This document shows positions 21,745 through 31,341 of a stretch of DNA of 64,000 nucleotides, piece by piece; position 1 is the first letter of the stretch, and every line of letters begins with the position of its first letter. The notes under the pieces were generated by a model. That model saw only the letters and a list, made by a program, of their open reading frames with translations, had not been told where the DNA came from and did no database searches. The DNA is from Escherichia coli (GTDB lineage: Bacteria; Pseudomonadota; Gammaproteobacteria; Enterobacterales; Enterobacteriaceae): assembly GCF_050920415.1 (NCBI RefSeq), contig NZ_CP169309.1. One strand, 5' to 3'. A program made the translations under genes and the position numbers.

Positions 21745-22637
21745 TGCTAAGCGAGGAAACGTCCGTCGTACGCCCACCAAAACAAACGCGATTTAACGGT
21801 GCAAAACTGGTATGGATGCTGAAAGGCAGTCCGCTCACCGTGACCGGCGCAGTCATCATTGTATTAATGCTACTGATGATGATTTTTTCACCGTGGCTGG
21901 CGACGCATGATCCCAACGCCATTGATTTAACTGCCCGCCTTTTGCCGCCTTCTGCGGCGCACTGGTTTGGCACCGATGAAGTGGGACGCGATCTGTTTAG
22001 CCGCGTACTGGTCGGCAGTCAGCAATCAATTCTCGCCGGATTAGTGGTGGTCGCCATTGCGGGTATGATGGGTTCGCTACTCGGGTGTCTATCCGGTGTG
22101 CTTGGCGGACGCGCAGACGCGATCATCATGCGCATCATGGACATTATGCTGTCGATTCCTTCGCTGGTGCTGACAATGGCGCTGGCTGCCGCACTTGGAC
22201 CGAGCTTGTTTAACGCCATGCTGGCGATTGCTATCGTGCGAATCCCGTTTTATGTGCGCCTGGCGCGGGGGCAAACATTAGTTGTCCGCCAGTACACTTT
22301 CGTTCAGGCGGCGAAAACCTTTGGTGCGTCACGCTGGCATCTGATCAACTGGCATATTTTACGTAACTCCCTGCCGCCGCTGATTGTGCAGGCATCGCTG
22401 GATATTGGTAGCGCGATTTTAATGGCCGCCACGTTGGGATTTATTGGCCTGGGTGCTCAACAACCGAGTGCTGAATGGGGGGCGATGGTGGCGAATGGTC
22501 GCAACTATGTGCTCGATCAATGGTGGTATTGCGCATTTCCGGGGGCAGCGATTTTGCTTACCGCCGTCGGGTTCAATCTCTTTGGTGATGGTATTCGCGA
22601 TCTGCTTGACCCGAAAGCAGGAGGAAAGCAGTCATGA
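21741..22637 (+). CDS. ddpC: Dipeptide ABC transporter permease
   Basis: 298-aa membrane protein; 4-bp overlaps with ddpB and ddpD. Confidence 0.95.
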   Translation: MMLSEETSVVRPPKQTRFNGAKLVWMLKGSPLTVTGAVIIVLMLLMMIFSPWLATHDPNAIDLTARLLPPSAAHWFGTDEVGRDLFSRVLVGSQQSILAGLVVVAIAGMMGSLLGCLSGVLGGRADAIIMRIMDIMLSIPSLVLTMALAAALGPSLFNAMLAIAIVRIPFYVRLARGQTLVVRQYTFVQAAKTFGASRWHLINWHILRNSLPPLIVQASLDIGSAILMAATLGFIGLGAQQPSAEWGAMVANGRNYVLDQWWYCAFPGAAILLTAVGFNLFGDGIRDLLDPKAGGKQS

Positions 22638-23620
22638 CCCAACCCGTTCTGGACATTCAACAGCTGCATTTGAGTTTCTCCGGTTTTAACGGCGACGTTC
22701 ACGCGCTCAACAATGTGTCATTGAAAATCAACCGCGGTGAAATTGTCGGTCTGGTGGGAGAATCCGGCTCGGGTAAATCAGTCACTGCAATGTTGATTAT
22801 GCGTCTGTTACCGACGGGCAGTTATTGCGTACATCGGGGACATATTTCACTGCTGGGAGAAGATGCTCTTAACGCTCGGGAAAAACAGCTTCGTCAGTGG
22901 CGCGGAGCACGAGTGGCGATGATCTTTCAGGAACCGATGACCGCCCTAAATCCGACACGTCGAATAGGTCTTCAGATGATGGACGTGATCCGCCATCATC
23001 AACTAATAAGTCGTCGGGAAGCCAGAGCTAAAGCGATTGCCCTGCTGGAAGAGATGCAAATCCCGGATGCCGTGGAAGTTATGTCGCGCTATCCGTTTGA
23101 GCTTTCAGGTGGTATGCGCCAGCGGGTAATGATTGCGCTGGCATTCTCCTGCGAGCCGCAATTGATTATTGCCGACGAACCGACTACGGCGCTGGACGTC
23201 ACGGTACAGTTGCAGGTACTGCGTCTGCTTAAACATAAAGCCCGCGCCAGTGGAACTGCGGTACTGTTCATCAGCCATGATATGGCCGTGGTGTCGCAAC
23301 TGTGCGATAGCGTTTACGTGATGTATGCCGGAAGCATGATCGAGAGCGGCATGACGGCAGACGTTATCCATCATCCCCGGCATCCGTATACCATTGGTTT
23401 GCTGCAATGCGCACCGGAACATGGAATACCACGCCAGCCATTACCCGCCATTCCAGGGACGGTACCAAACCTCACCCATTTGCCTGACGGCTGCGCTTTT
23501 CGCGATCGTTGCTATGCGGCAGGTACACAGTGTGAAAACGTCCCGGCGCTGACAGCGTGTGGTGACAACAACCACCGCTGCGCCTGTTGGTATCCTCAGC
23601 AGGAGGTCATTAGTGTCTGA
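22634..23620 (+). CDS. ddpD: Dipeptide ABC transporter ATP-binding protein
   Basis: 328 aa, Walker A GESGSGKS, signature LSGGMRQR. Confidence 0.95.
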   Translation: MTQPVLDIQQLHLSFSGFNGDVHALNNVSLKINRGEIVGLVGESGSGKSVTAMLIMRLLPTGSYCVHRGHISLLGEDALNAREKQLRQWRGARVAMIFQEPMTALNPTRRIGLQMMDVIRHHQLISRREARAKAIALLEEMQIPDAVEVMSRYPFELSGGMRQRVMIALAFSCEPQLIIADEPTTALDVTVQLQVLRLLKHKARASGTAVLFISHDMAVVSQLCDSVYVMYAGSMIESGMTADVIHHPRHPYTIGLLQCAPEHGIPRQPLPAIPGTVPNLTHLPDGCAFRDRCYAAGTQCENVPALTACGDNNHRCACWYPQQEVISV

Positions 23621-24539
23621 CACGTTATTAACGTTACGCGACGTCCATATCAATTTCCCGGCCCGAAAAAACTGGCTTGGTAAAACTACGGAACATGTTC
23701 ATGCCATCAATGGTATTGATTTACAGATCCGTCGTGGTGAAACCTTAGGGATCGTCGGTGAGTCAGGCTGCGGCAAAAGCACCCTCGCACAGCTTTTAAT
23801 GGGTATGCTGCAACCGAGCCACGGGCAGTACATCCGTTCAGGATCACAACGCATTATGCAGATGGTGTTTCAGGACCCGCTCTCTTCGCTTAATCCGCGC
23901 TTACCGGTGTGGCGCATCATCACGGAACCGCTCTGGATTGCTAAGCGTAGTAGTGAACAACAGCGGCGAGCGTTGGCAGAGGAGCTGGCTGTGCAGGTGG
24001 GTATTCGTCCGGAGTATCTCGACCGCTTGCCTCATGCGTTCTCAGGCGGGCAGCGGCAACGTATCGCCATTGCCAGAGCACTCTCTTCGCAGCCTGACGT
24101 GATTGTGCTTGATGAGCCCACCTCGGCGCTGGATATCTCCGTCCAGGCGCAGATCCTCAATTTACTGGTAACGCTACAGGAAAATCGCGAGCTGACTTAT
24201 GTGCTGATTTCACACAATGTCTCGGTGATTCGTCATATGAGCGATCGGGTAGCGGTGATGTATCTCGGGCAGATTGTAGAACTGGGCGACGCGCAGCAGG
24301 TGCTCTCTACTCCGGCACATCCATACACCCGATTATTGCTGGATTCCCTGCCCGCCATTGATAAACCGCTGGAGGAAGAATGGGCATTGCGTAAAACGGA
24401 ACTACCAGGAAACCGCACGTTGCCACAAGGCTGTTTTTTCCGTGAACGTTGCCCTCTGGCAACCCACGGATGTGAAGTCCGGCAATCATTAACAATAAGG
24501 GAGGACGGACGTGAGATCCGGTGCTGTCGGGCGCTGTAG
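23613..24539 (+). CDS. ddpF: Dipeptide ABC transporter ATP-binding protein
   Basis: 308-aa product from GTG 23613 preceded by AGGAGG; Walker A GESGCGKST, signature FSGGQRQR. Confidence 0.9.
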   Translation: MSDTLLTLRDVHINFPARKNWLGKTTEHVHAINGIDLQIRRGETLGIVGESGCGKSTLAQLLMGMLQPSHGQYIRSGSQRIMQMVFQDPLSSLNPRLPVWRIITEPLWIAKRSSEQQRRALAEELAVQVGIRPEYLDRLPHAFSGGQRQRIAIARALSSQPDVIVLDEPTSALDISVQAQILNLLVTLQENRELTYVLISHNVSVIRHMSDRVAVMYLGQIVELGDAQQVLSTPAHPYTRLLLDSLPAIDKPLEEEWALRKTELPGNRTLPQGCFFRERCPLATHGCEVRQSLTIREDGREIRCCRAL

Positions 24540-24594
24540 AGACGCTAACAACGCATCAGGCAATCACGCGCCTGACGCGTCATCCGGCAACGCT

Positions 24595-25026
24595 TTACGA
24601 TTTCAACTGGTAATCCAGCGTAATTTCCGCTTTCAGTACCTGAGAAACCGGGCATCCTGCTTTTGCTTTCTGGATAATGCCGTCAAAGGTAGAGGCATCA
24701 ATACCCGGCACGGCAACTTCGCTCTTCAGGGCGATTTTAGTAATCGCAAACCCGGCATCCACTTTATCCAGCGACACATCGGCGGTGGTATCAATCGATG
24801 TTGGCGTGAATCCCGCTTCCCCCAGCATTAATGAAAGCGCCATTGAGAAACATGCTGCATGCGCCGCGCCAATCAGTTCTTCAGGGTTAGTTCCTTTTTC
24901 GCCTTCAAAACGCGTATTAAATCCATACGGCTGTTGGTTCAGCACGCCGCTCTCGGTGGATACGGTTCCCTTCCCGCGTTTGATATCGCCTTCCCAGTGT
25001 GCCTGACCTTTCTTATGGATTGTCAT
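24595..25026 (-). CDS. osmC: Osmotically inducible peroxiredoxin
   Basis: 143-aa ORF on minus strand, OsmC/Ohr fold sequence. Confidence 0.95.
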   Translation of the reverse strand: MTIHKKGQAHWEGDIKRGKGTVSTESGVLNQQPYGFNTRFEGEKGTNPEELIGAAHAACFSMALSLMLGEAGFTPTSIDTTADVSLDKVDAGFAITKIALKSEVAVPGIDASTFDGIIQKAKAGCPVSQVLKAEITLDYQLKS

Positions 25027-25369
25027 TGTTGCTCTCCTGTGGGCTTAAAAAGGAAATTATAGACTACGTGAGAAACAGCATGAGGATAAGCGGGATATTC
25101 CGAATAGAATCCGGCGAAAATATTATCTATGTACTTAAATAAAATTCCCACAATAGATAACCGGGAATATATAACTCAAGAGATATTGCATCAATATCAA
25201 TCAACTCACACCAATAATATTCCCATTAATATCATGGAGTTAAAATATAAAATTCATCAACCAGGACTAATCTTAACAACGAAGCGGCAAATATTTGCCA
25301 TGCTGAATGTGCTTTATAAATCTGCGATCCGTAGCAGACACCATAAATACACAGACACGGAGAATCACT

Positions 25370-25585
25370 ATGTTTACTTATTATCAGGCAGAAAATTCAA
25401 CAGCAGAACCCGCTCTGGTTAATGCCATTGAGCAAGGCCTTCGGGCAGAGCACGGTGTTGTCACTGAAGATGACATTCTCATGGAGCTGACCAAATGGGT
25501 GGAAGCTTCTGATAACGACATCCTCAGTGATATCTACCAGCAAACGATCAATTATGTGGTCAGTGGCCAGCACCCTACGCTTTAA
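25370..25585 (+). CDS. bdm: Biofilm-dependent modulation protein
   Basis: 71-aa product MFTYYQAENSTAEP...; internal ATG of ORF 25307..25585. Confidence 0.9.
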   Translation: MFTYYQAENSTAEPALVNAIEQGLRAEHGVVTEDDILMELTKWVEASDNDILSDIYQQTINYVVSGQHPTL

Positions 25586-25686
25586 GGTGCTATGCTTGAT
25601 CGGCAACCTAATTTAGGGGTTTAGCACGTGTTTCTTCGCTACGGCGATGTTGTCCTTAAAACTAGCAACAGGATTGAGGAGTTAAA

Positions 25687-25824
25687 ATGAAATCGAACCG
25701 TCAGGCACGTCATATTCTTGGACTGGACCATAAAATTTCTAACCAGCGCAAAATAGTTACCGAAGGTGATAAATCCAGCGTGGTAAATAACCCAACCGGC
25801 AGAAAACGTCCCGCTGAAAAGTAA
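25687..25824 (+). CDS. sra: Stationary-phase-induced ribosome-associated protein
   Basis: 45-aa [48 protein letters not shown] read from the sequence; below the ORF-track size cut-off. Confidence 0.9.
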
Positions 25825-25854
25825 TCTTTAACAATCAGTCCTCAATGACGATTA

Positions 25855-25889
25855 AACACCATTGCCTGCGCAATGGTGTTTTTGTTTTT
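25855..25889 (+). terminator. Rho-independent terminator after bdm-sra
   Basis: AACACCATTGC-loop-GCAATGGTGTT followed by TTTTGTTTTT. Confidence 0.75.
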
Positions 25890-25980
25890 AACTGCTTTAT
25901 ACTTGGAGCCGATGCCCTGGCGGTAAAGCAAAGACGATAAAAGCACCCCAGGGATGGATATTCAAAAAAGAGTGAGTGAC

Positions 25981-27678
25981 ATGGAACCAAAAACAAAAAA
26001 ACAGCGTTCGCTTTATATTCCTTACGCTGGCCCTGTACTGCTGGAATTTCCGTTGTTGAATAAAGGCAGCGCCTTCAGCATGGAAGAACGCCGTAACTTC
26101 AACCTGCTGGGGTTACTGCCGGAAGTGGTCGAAACCATCGAAGAACAAGCGGAACGCGCATGGATCCAGTATCAGGGATTCAAAACCGAAATCGACAAGC
26201 ACATCTACCTGCGTAACATCCAGGACACTAACGAAACCCTCTTCTACCGTCTGGTAAACAATCATCTTGATGAGATGATGCCTGTTATTTATACCCCAAC
26301 CGTCGGCGCAGCCTGTGAGCGTTTTTCTGAGATCTACCGTCGTTCCCGCGGCGTGTTTATCTCATACCAGAACCGCCACAATATGGACGATATTCTGCAA
26401 AACGTACCGAACCACAATATCAAAGTGATTGTGGTGACGGACGGCGAACGTATTCTGGGGCTTGGTGACCAGGGCATCGGTGGGATGGGTATTCCGATCG
26501 GTAAACTGTCGCTCTATACCGCCTGCGGTGGCATCAGCCCGGCGTATACACTGCCGGTGGTGCTGGATGTCGGGACGAACAACCAGCAGTTGCTTAACGA
26601 TCCGCTGTATATGGGCTGGCGTAATCCACGTATCACTGACGACGAATACTATGAATTCGTGGATGAATTTATCCAGGCTGTGAAACAACGCTGGCCGGAC
26701 GTGCTGTTGCAGTTTGAAGACTTCGCACAAAAAAATGCGATGCCGTTACTTAACCGCTATCGCAATGAAATTTGTTCTTTTAACGATGATATTCAGGGCA
26801 CCGCGGCGGTAACAGTCGGCACACTGATCGCAGCCAGCCGTGCGGCGGGCGGTCAGTTAAGCGAGAAAAAAATCGTCTTCCTCGGCGCAGGTTCAGCAGG
26901 ATGCGGCATTGCGGAGATGATCATCGCCCAGACCCAGCGTGAAGGATTAAGCGAAGAAGCGGCGCGGCAGAAAGTCTTTATGGTCGATCGCTTTGGTCTG
27001 CTGACCGACAAGATGCCGAACCTGCTGCCTTTCCAGACCAAACTGGTGCAGAAGCGCGAAAATCTCAGTGACTGGGATACTGACAGCGATGTGCTGTCAT
27101 TGCTTGATGTGGTGCGCAATGTCAAACCGGATATTCTGATTGGCGTCTCAGGACAGACCGGGCTGTTTACGGAAGAGATCATCCGTGAGATGCACAAACA
27201 CTGTCCGCGTCCGATCGTGATGCCGCTGTCTAACCCGACTTCACGTGTGGAAGCCACACCGCAGGACATTATCGCCTGGACCGAAGGTAACGCGCTGGTC
27301 GCCACCGGCAGTCCGTTTAATCCGGTGGTATGGAAAGATAAAATCTACCCTATCGCGCAATGCAACAACGCTTTTATCTTCCCGGGCATTGGGCTGGGCG
27401 TTATTGCTTCCGGCGCGTCACGTATCACCGATGAGATGCTGATGTCGGCAAGCGAAACGCTTGCTCAGTATTCGCCGCTGGTACTGAACGGCGAAGGTCT
27501 GGTACTGCCGGAACTGAAAGATATTCAGAAAGTGTCCCGCGCAATTGCGTTTGCGGTTGGCAAAATGGCGCAGCAGCAAGGCGTGGCGGTGAAAACGTCT
27601 GCCGAAGCTCTGCAACAGGCCATTGATGATAACTTCTGGCAAGCCGAATACCGCGACTACCGCCGTACATCCATCTAA
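25981..27678 (+). CDS. maeA: NAD-dependent malic enzyme
   Basis: 565-aa product from ATG 25981 ([17 protein letters not shown]...). Confidence 0.95.
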   Translation: MEPKTKKQRSLYIPYAGPVLLEFPLLNKGSAFSMEERRNFNLLGLLPEVVETIEEQAERAWIQYQGFKTEIDKHIYLRNIQDTNETLFYRLVNNHLDEMMPVIYTPTVGAACERFSEIYRRSRGVFISYQNRHNMDDILQNVPNHNIKVIVVTDGERILGLGDQGIGGMGIPIGKLSLYTACGGISPAYTLPVVLDVGTNNQQLLNDPLYMGWRNPRITDDEYYEFVDEFIQAVKQRWPDVLLQFEDFAQKNAMPLLNRYRNEICSFNDDIQGTAAVTVGTLIAASRAAGGQLSEKKIVFLGAGSAGCGIAEMIIAQTQREGLSEEAARQKVFMVDRFGLLTDKMPNLLPFQTKLVQKRENLSDWDTDSDVLSLLDVVRNVKPDILIGVSGQTGLFTEEIIREMHKHCPRPIVMPLSNPTSRVEATPQDIIAWTEGNALVATGSPFNPVVWKDKIYPIAQCNNAFIFPGIGLGVIASGASRITDEMLMSASETLAQYSPLVLNGEGLVLPELKDIQKVSRAIAFAVGKMAQQQGVAVKTSAEALQQAIDDNFWQAEYRDYRRTSI

Positions 27679-27812
27679 GCCTGCGCCCGGTAGTGACTGC
27701 TACCGGGCAATTTTCCTCTTCCTTTTTCAGATCTCATCCATACTGGGTAGTGGCGAATAAATCTCATTTGCCTCACCTGCTATGCAGAACATCATCCGAA
27801 AAGGAGGAAACT

Positions 27813-28823
27813 ATGAAGGCTGCAGTTGTTACGAAGGATCATCATGTTGACGTTACGGATAAAACACTGCGCTCACTGAAACATGGCGAAGCCCTGCTGA
27901 AAATGGAGTGTTGTGGCGTATGTCATACCGATCTTCATGTTAAGAATGGCGATTTTGGTGATAAAACCGGCGTGATTCTGGGCCATGAAGGCATCGGTGT
28001 GGTGGCAGAAGTTGGCCCCGGCGTTACCTCATTAAAACCAGGCGATCGCGCCAGCGTGGCGTGGTTTTACGAAGGATGCGGTCATTGCGAATACTGTAAC
28101 AGCGGTAACGAAACGCTCTGCCGTTCAGTAAAAAATGCCGGATACAGCGTTGATGGCGGCATGGCGGAAGAGTGCATCGTGGTCGCCGATTACGCGGTTA
28201 AAGTGCCGGATGGCCTGGACTCGGCGGCGGCCAGCAGCATCACCTGTGCGGGCGTCACCACCTACAAAGCAGTAAAACTATCAAAAATTCGTCCAGGACA
28301 GTGGATTGCTATCTACGGTCTTGGCGGTCTGGGCAACCTCGCCCTGCAATACGCGAAAAATGTCTTTAATGCAAAAGTGATCGCCATTGATGTCAATGAT
28401 GAGCAGTTGAAACTGGCAACCGAAATGGGTGCAGATTTAGCGATTAACTCACGCACCGAAGACGCCGCCAAAATTGTGCAGGAAAAAACCGGTGGCGCTC
28501 ACGCTGCGGTGGTGACAGCGGTAGCTAAAGCTGCGTTTAACTCAGCGGTCGATGCCGTTCGTGCAGGCGGGCGTGTTGTAGCAGTCGGTCTGCCGCCGGA
28601 GTCTATGAGCCTGGATATCCCACGCCTTGTGCTGGATGGCATTGAAGTGGTCGGTTCGCTGGTCGGCACGCGCCAGGATCTAACCGAAGCCTTCCAGTTT
28701 GCCGCCGAAGGCAAAGTGGTGCCGAAAGTCGCCCTGCGTCCGTTAGCGGACATCAACACCATCTTTACTGAGATGGAAGAAGGCAAAATCCGTGGCCGTA
28801 TGGTGATTGATTTCCGTCGCTAA
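27813..28823 (+). CDS. adhP: Zinc-dependent alcohol dehydrogenase, propanol-preferring
   Basis: 336-aa product from ATG 27813 preceded by AAGGAGG; GHEGIG and CGVCHTDLH motifs. Confidence 0.95.
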   Translation: MKAAVVTKDHHVDVTDKTLRSLKHGEALLKMECCGVCHTDLHVKNGDFGDKTGVILGHEGIGVVAEVGPGVTSLKPGDRASVAWFYEGCGHCEYCNSGNETLCRSVKNAGYSVDGGMAEECIVVADYAVKVPDGLDSAAASSITCAGVTTYKAVKLSKIRPGQWIAIYGLGGLGNLALQYAKNVFNAKVIAIDVNDEQLKLATEMGADLAINSRTEDAAKIVQEKTGGAHAAVVTAVAKAAFNSAVDAVRAGGRVVAVGLPPESMSLDIPRLVLDGIEVVGSLVGTRQDLTEAFQFAAEGKVVPKVALRPLADINTIFTEMEEGKIRGRMVIDFRR

Positions 28824-28832
28824 GAGGCCCTT

Positions 28833-28867
28833 GCTGCGACTGCCATGTTTGAGTCGCAGCCTGTTTT
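28833..28867 (+). terminator. Rho-independent terminator after adhP
   Basis: GCTGCGACT-loop-AGTCGCAGC followed by CTGTTTT. Confidence 0.65.
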
Positions 28868-29008
28868 GCGAGACGCTTTCCGCAATTTCACTCTTCTTCT
28901 TTTCCTCCCCCATCTTTCCCCTCACAATTCGCGAAAACGTAGCGAAATTTGTTGCGCTGCACGGAACAATAGTGATAGTGTTCCTTTCGAGGGAACAAGG
29001 ATGAAGAG

Positions 29009-29287
29009 ATGATAATGAATTTCAGACACAAGGGATTGCGTGACTTGTTTCTTCTCGGCAAAACCTCCGGCGTTATACCGACGCAAATCAAACGATTACG
29101 CCACCGACTCGCTGTGATTGATGCAGCAAGCTGTCTTGCTGATATCGATATGCCCGGTTACCGACTACACCCGTTAAGCGGCGATCGTGATGGAATTTGG
29201 GCGATATCTGTCTCGGGCAACTGGCGAATCACATTTGAATTCGTCAATGGCGATGCATACATACTGGATTACGAGGACTATCACTGA
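29009..29287 (+). CDS. HigB-like toxin (RelE/ParE superfamily mRNA interferase)
   Basis: 92-aa ORF; strong resemblance to plasmid Rts1 HigB-type killer proteins (FKHKGL..., HPL.GDR.G.W.I.V..NWRITF.F.NGDAY.L.YEDYH); stop overlaps start of downstream antitoxin gene. Confidence 0.8.
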
Positions 29288-29571
29288 TGAAAATGGCCAA
29301 TCATCCCCGCCCGGGGGACATTATTCAGGAATCACTGGACGAGCTGAACGTCAGCCTGCGCGAGTTTGCCAGAGCAATGGAAATTGCGCCCTCAACGGCA
29401 AGCCGATTGCTGACCGGAAAAGCCGCGTTGACGCCAGAAATGGCGATTAAACTTTCCGTGGTGATCGGCAGTTCGCCGCAAATGTGGCTGAATCTACAAA
29501 ACGCCTGGAGTCTGGCAGAGGCAGAAAAAACGGTAGATGTGTCGCGATTACGCCGTCTGGTTACGCAATAA
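29287..29571 (+). CDS. yddM: HigA-family antitoxin, XRE-type HTH DNA-binding protein
   Basis: 94-aa ORF with HTH ([23 protein letters not shown]); ATGA overlap with the toxin gene. Confidence 0.9.
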
Positions 29572-29619
29572 AAAAATGGCACCTTATAAAGCGCCATTTG
29601 AAACTGATGGCAAACGCAA

Positions 29620-29730
29620 AATTGCCTGATGCGCTACGCTTATCTGACCTACACGTTCACTGCAATCTATTGGATTTGAACGGTTTGTAGGCCGGATAAG
29701 GCGTTCACGCCGCATCCGGCATGAACAAAG
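29620..29730. repeat. REP/BIME palindromic units
   Basis: GCCTGATGCGCTACGCTTATCAGACCTACA and GTAGGCCGGATAAGGCGTTCACGCCGCATCCGGCA, classic E. coli REP sequences; flanked by hairpins AATGGCGC...GCGCCATT that can act as bidirectional terminators for yddM and fdnI. Confidence 0.8.
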
Positions 29731-29798
29731 TGTACGTTGTCTACAATAAAAAATGGCGCTTTTTACAGCGCCATTTTCAGCTTAAAGTTCAAAAGAGA

Positions 29799-30452
29799 TT
29801 ATATCCCTTCTTCACTCTCTTTTTTCGCTTCTGCCTTTTCGATTTCACGATACCAGCGTGGATGGTGTTTCTTCGCCCAACGACGGCTCACCTTCCCTTC
29901 GATCATCCCTTTAATCGACCCTTTCACCCAGAATGCCATATACATATGAATCAGGATGGCGTGGATCAGGATGATACCCGCAGCCGCGTGAATCAACAGG
30001 CTATAACGGACAACCTGCATCGGGAAGTACTGCGCAAAGTACGGACGCCAGATAATCACCCCGGTTACCAGCAGCACGAAAATCATGCTCATGATCGACC
30101 AGAACATCATCTTTTGCCCGGCGTTGTACTTACCAACATCCGCCACTTTGTGTTCATTGCCTTTTAATACTTCGACAATGTTCAACAGCCACGGAATATC
30201 TTTCTTATCCGGGATGTTGTGATGCACAAAACGCACAAACATAAACATCAGCGCGACGAAAATCGCAATGCCGAAGAACGGGTGCAAAATGCGTCCCATC
30301 TGCGGCGTACCGAAGGTTTGTGTCAGCCATTGCAGCGTCGGGAAGAAGAACGAAATCCCGGACAGCGCTACCAGGAAGAAGCAAATCACCACGGTCCAGT
30401 GACAGGCGCGATCAATAAACTTGGTGCGCACAATCATTTTCGACTTACTCAT
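29799..30452 (-). CDS. fdnI: Formate dehydrogenase-N, cytochrome b556 gamma subunit
   Basis: 217-aa product from internal ATG ([12 protein letters not shown]...); overlaps the fdnH 3' end. Confidence 0.95.
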
Positions 30453-31329
30453 GATGATCCTCCTCGTCATCGTCCACTTCCTTATTCGGGCCAATACCGA
30501 TGTAGTGGAAAATTAACCCGGCAAAAGTGGCGATAAAGCCAGCCGCTGCCAGCGGTTTCAACGCGCCTTTCCACAGATTTACCGATGTATCGATCTTCGG
30601 ATCTTTCGGCAGACCGTGATACAGCTCCGGCTGATCGGCGTGATGCAGCACGTACATGACGTGCGTACCACCGACCCCTTCCGGATTGTAGACACCAGCA
30701 TGTTCGTAACCACGCGCTTTCAGTTTCGCCACGCGCTGTTCCGCCAGCTCCAGCATCTCCTTCTTGGTGCCGAAGTGGATAGCCCCGGTCGGACAAGTTT
30801 TCACACAAGCCGGTTCCTGACCAACGCTGACGCGATCGACGCAGAGTGTGCATTTATATACACGGTTATCCTCTTTGTTGAGGCGTGGAATATTAAACGG
30901 ACACCCGGCAATGCAGTAACCACAGCCGATGCAGTTTTCCGACTGGAAATCGACAATCCCGTTAGCGTACTGAATGATCGCACCAGCAGACGGGCACGCC
31001 TTCAGGCAGCCCGGATCTTCACAGTGCATACAACCGTCTTTACGGATCAGCCACTCCAGCTTGCCGTTCTGTTCGGTTTCGCTAAAGCGCATCACCGTCC
31101 AGGACTTGGCGCTCAGATCGGCGGGGTTATCATAAACCCCGACGCAGTGCCCCACTTCATCACGGATATCGTTCCACTCCGAACACGCCACCTGACAGGC
31201 TTTACAGCCGATACAGGTGGAAACGTCGATAAGTTTCGCGACTTCTGCTTTGTAATCACGCACCTGAGAAGGCGGCGTGATGGAGTTAGTTGCGGACCTT
31301 TTGATAATGTCCTGCGTTTCCATAGCCAT
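30445..31329 (-). CDS. fdnH: Formate dehydrogenase-N, iron-sulfur beta subunit
   Basis: 294 aa with four Cys clusters (CxxCxxCxxxC). Confidence 0.95.
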   Translation of the reverse strand: MAMETQDIIKRSATNSITPPSQVRDYKAEVAKLIDVSTCIGCKACQVACSEWNDIRDEVGHCVGVYDNPADLSAKSWTVMRFSETEQNGKLEWLIRKDGCMHCEDPGCLKACPSAGAIIQYANGIVDFQSENCIGCGYCIAGCPFNIPRLNKEDNRVYKCTLCVDRVSVGQEPACVKTCPTGAIHFGTKKEMLELAEQRVAKLKARGYEHAGVYNPEGVGGTHVMYVLHHADQPELYHGLPKDPKIDTSVNLWKGALKPLAAAGFIATFAGLIFHYIGIGPNKEVDDDEEDHHE

Positions 31330-31341
31330 CTGTTCGCCCCC

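Noticed and set aside
25021-25130. RcsB box upstream of osmC
   Set aside because: A sequence resembling the RcsB box (TTCGGAATATCCC on the osmC strand) is present, but the match to the consensus as I recall it is partial and I could not place it confidently relative to the promoters.
25129-25422. 97-aa ORF between osmC and bdm
   Set aside because: It lies in the AT-rich divergent promoter region, overlaps the true bdm start, and has a low-complexity N/I/T-rich composition typical of a spurious ORF.
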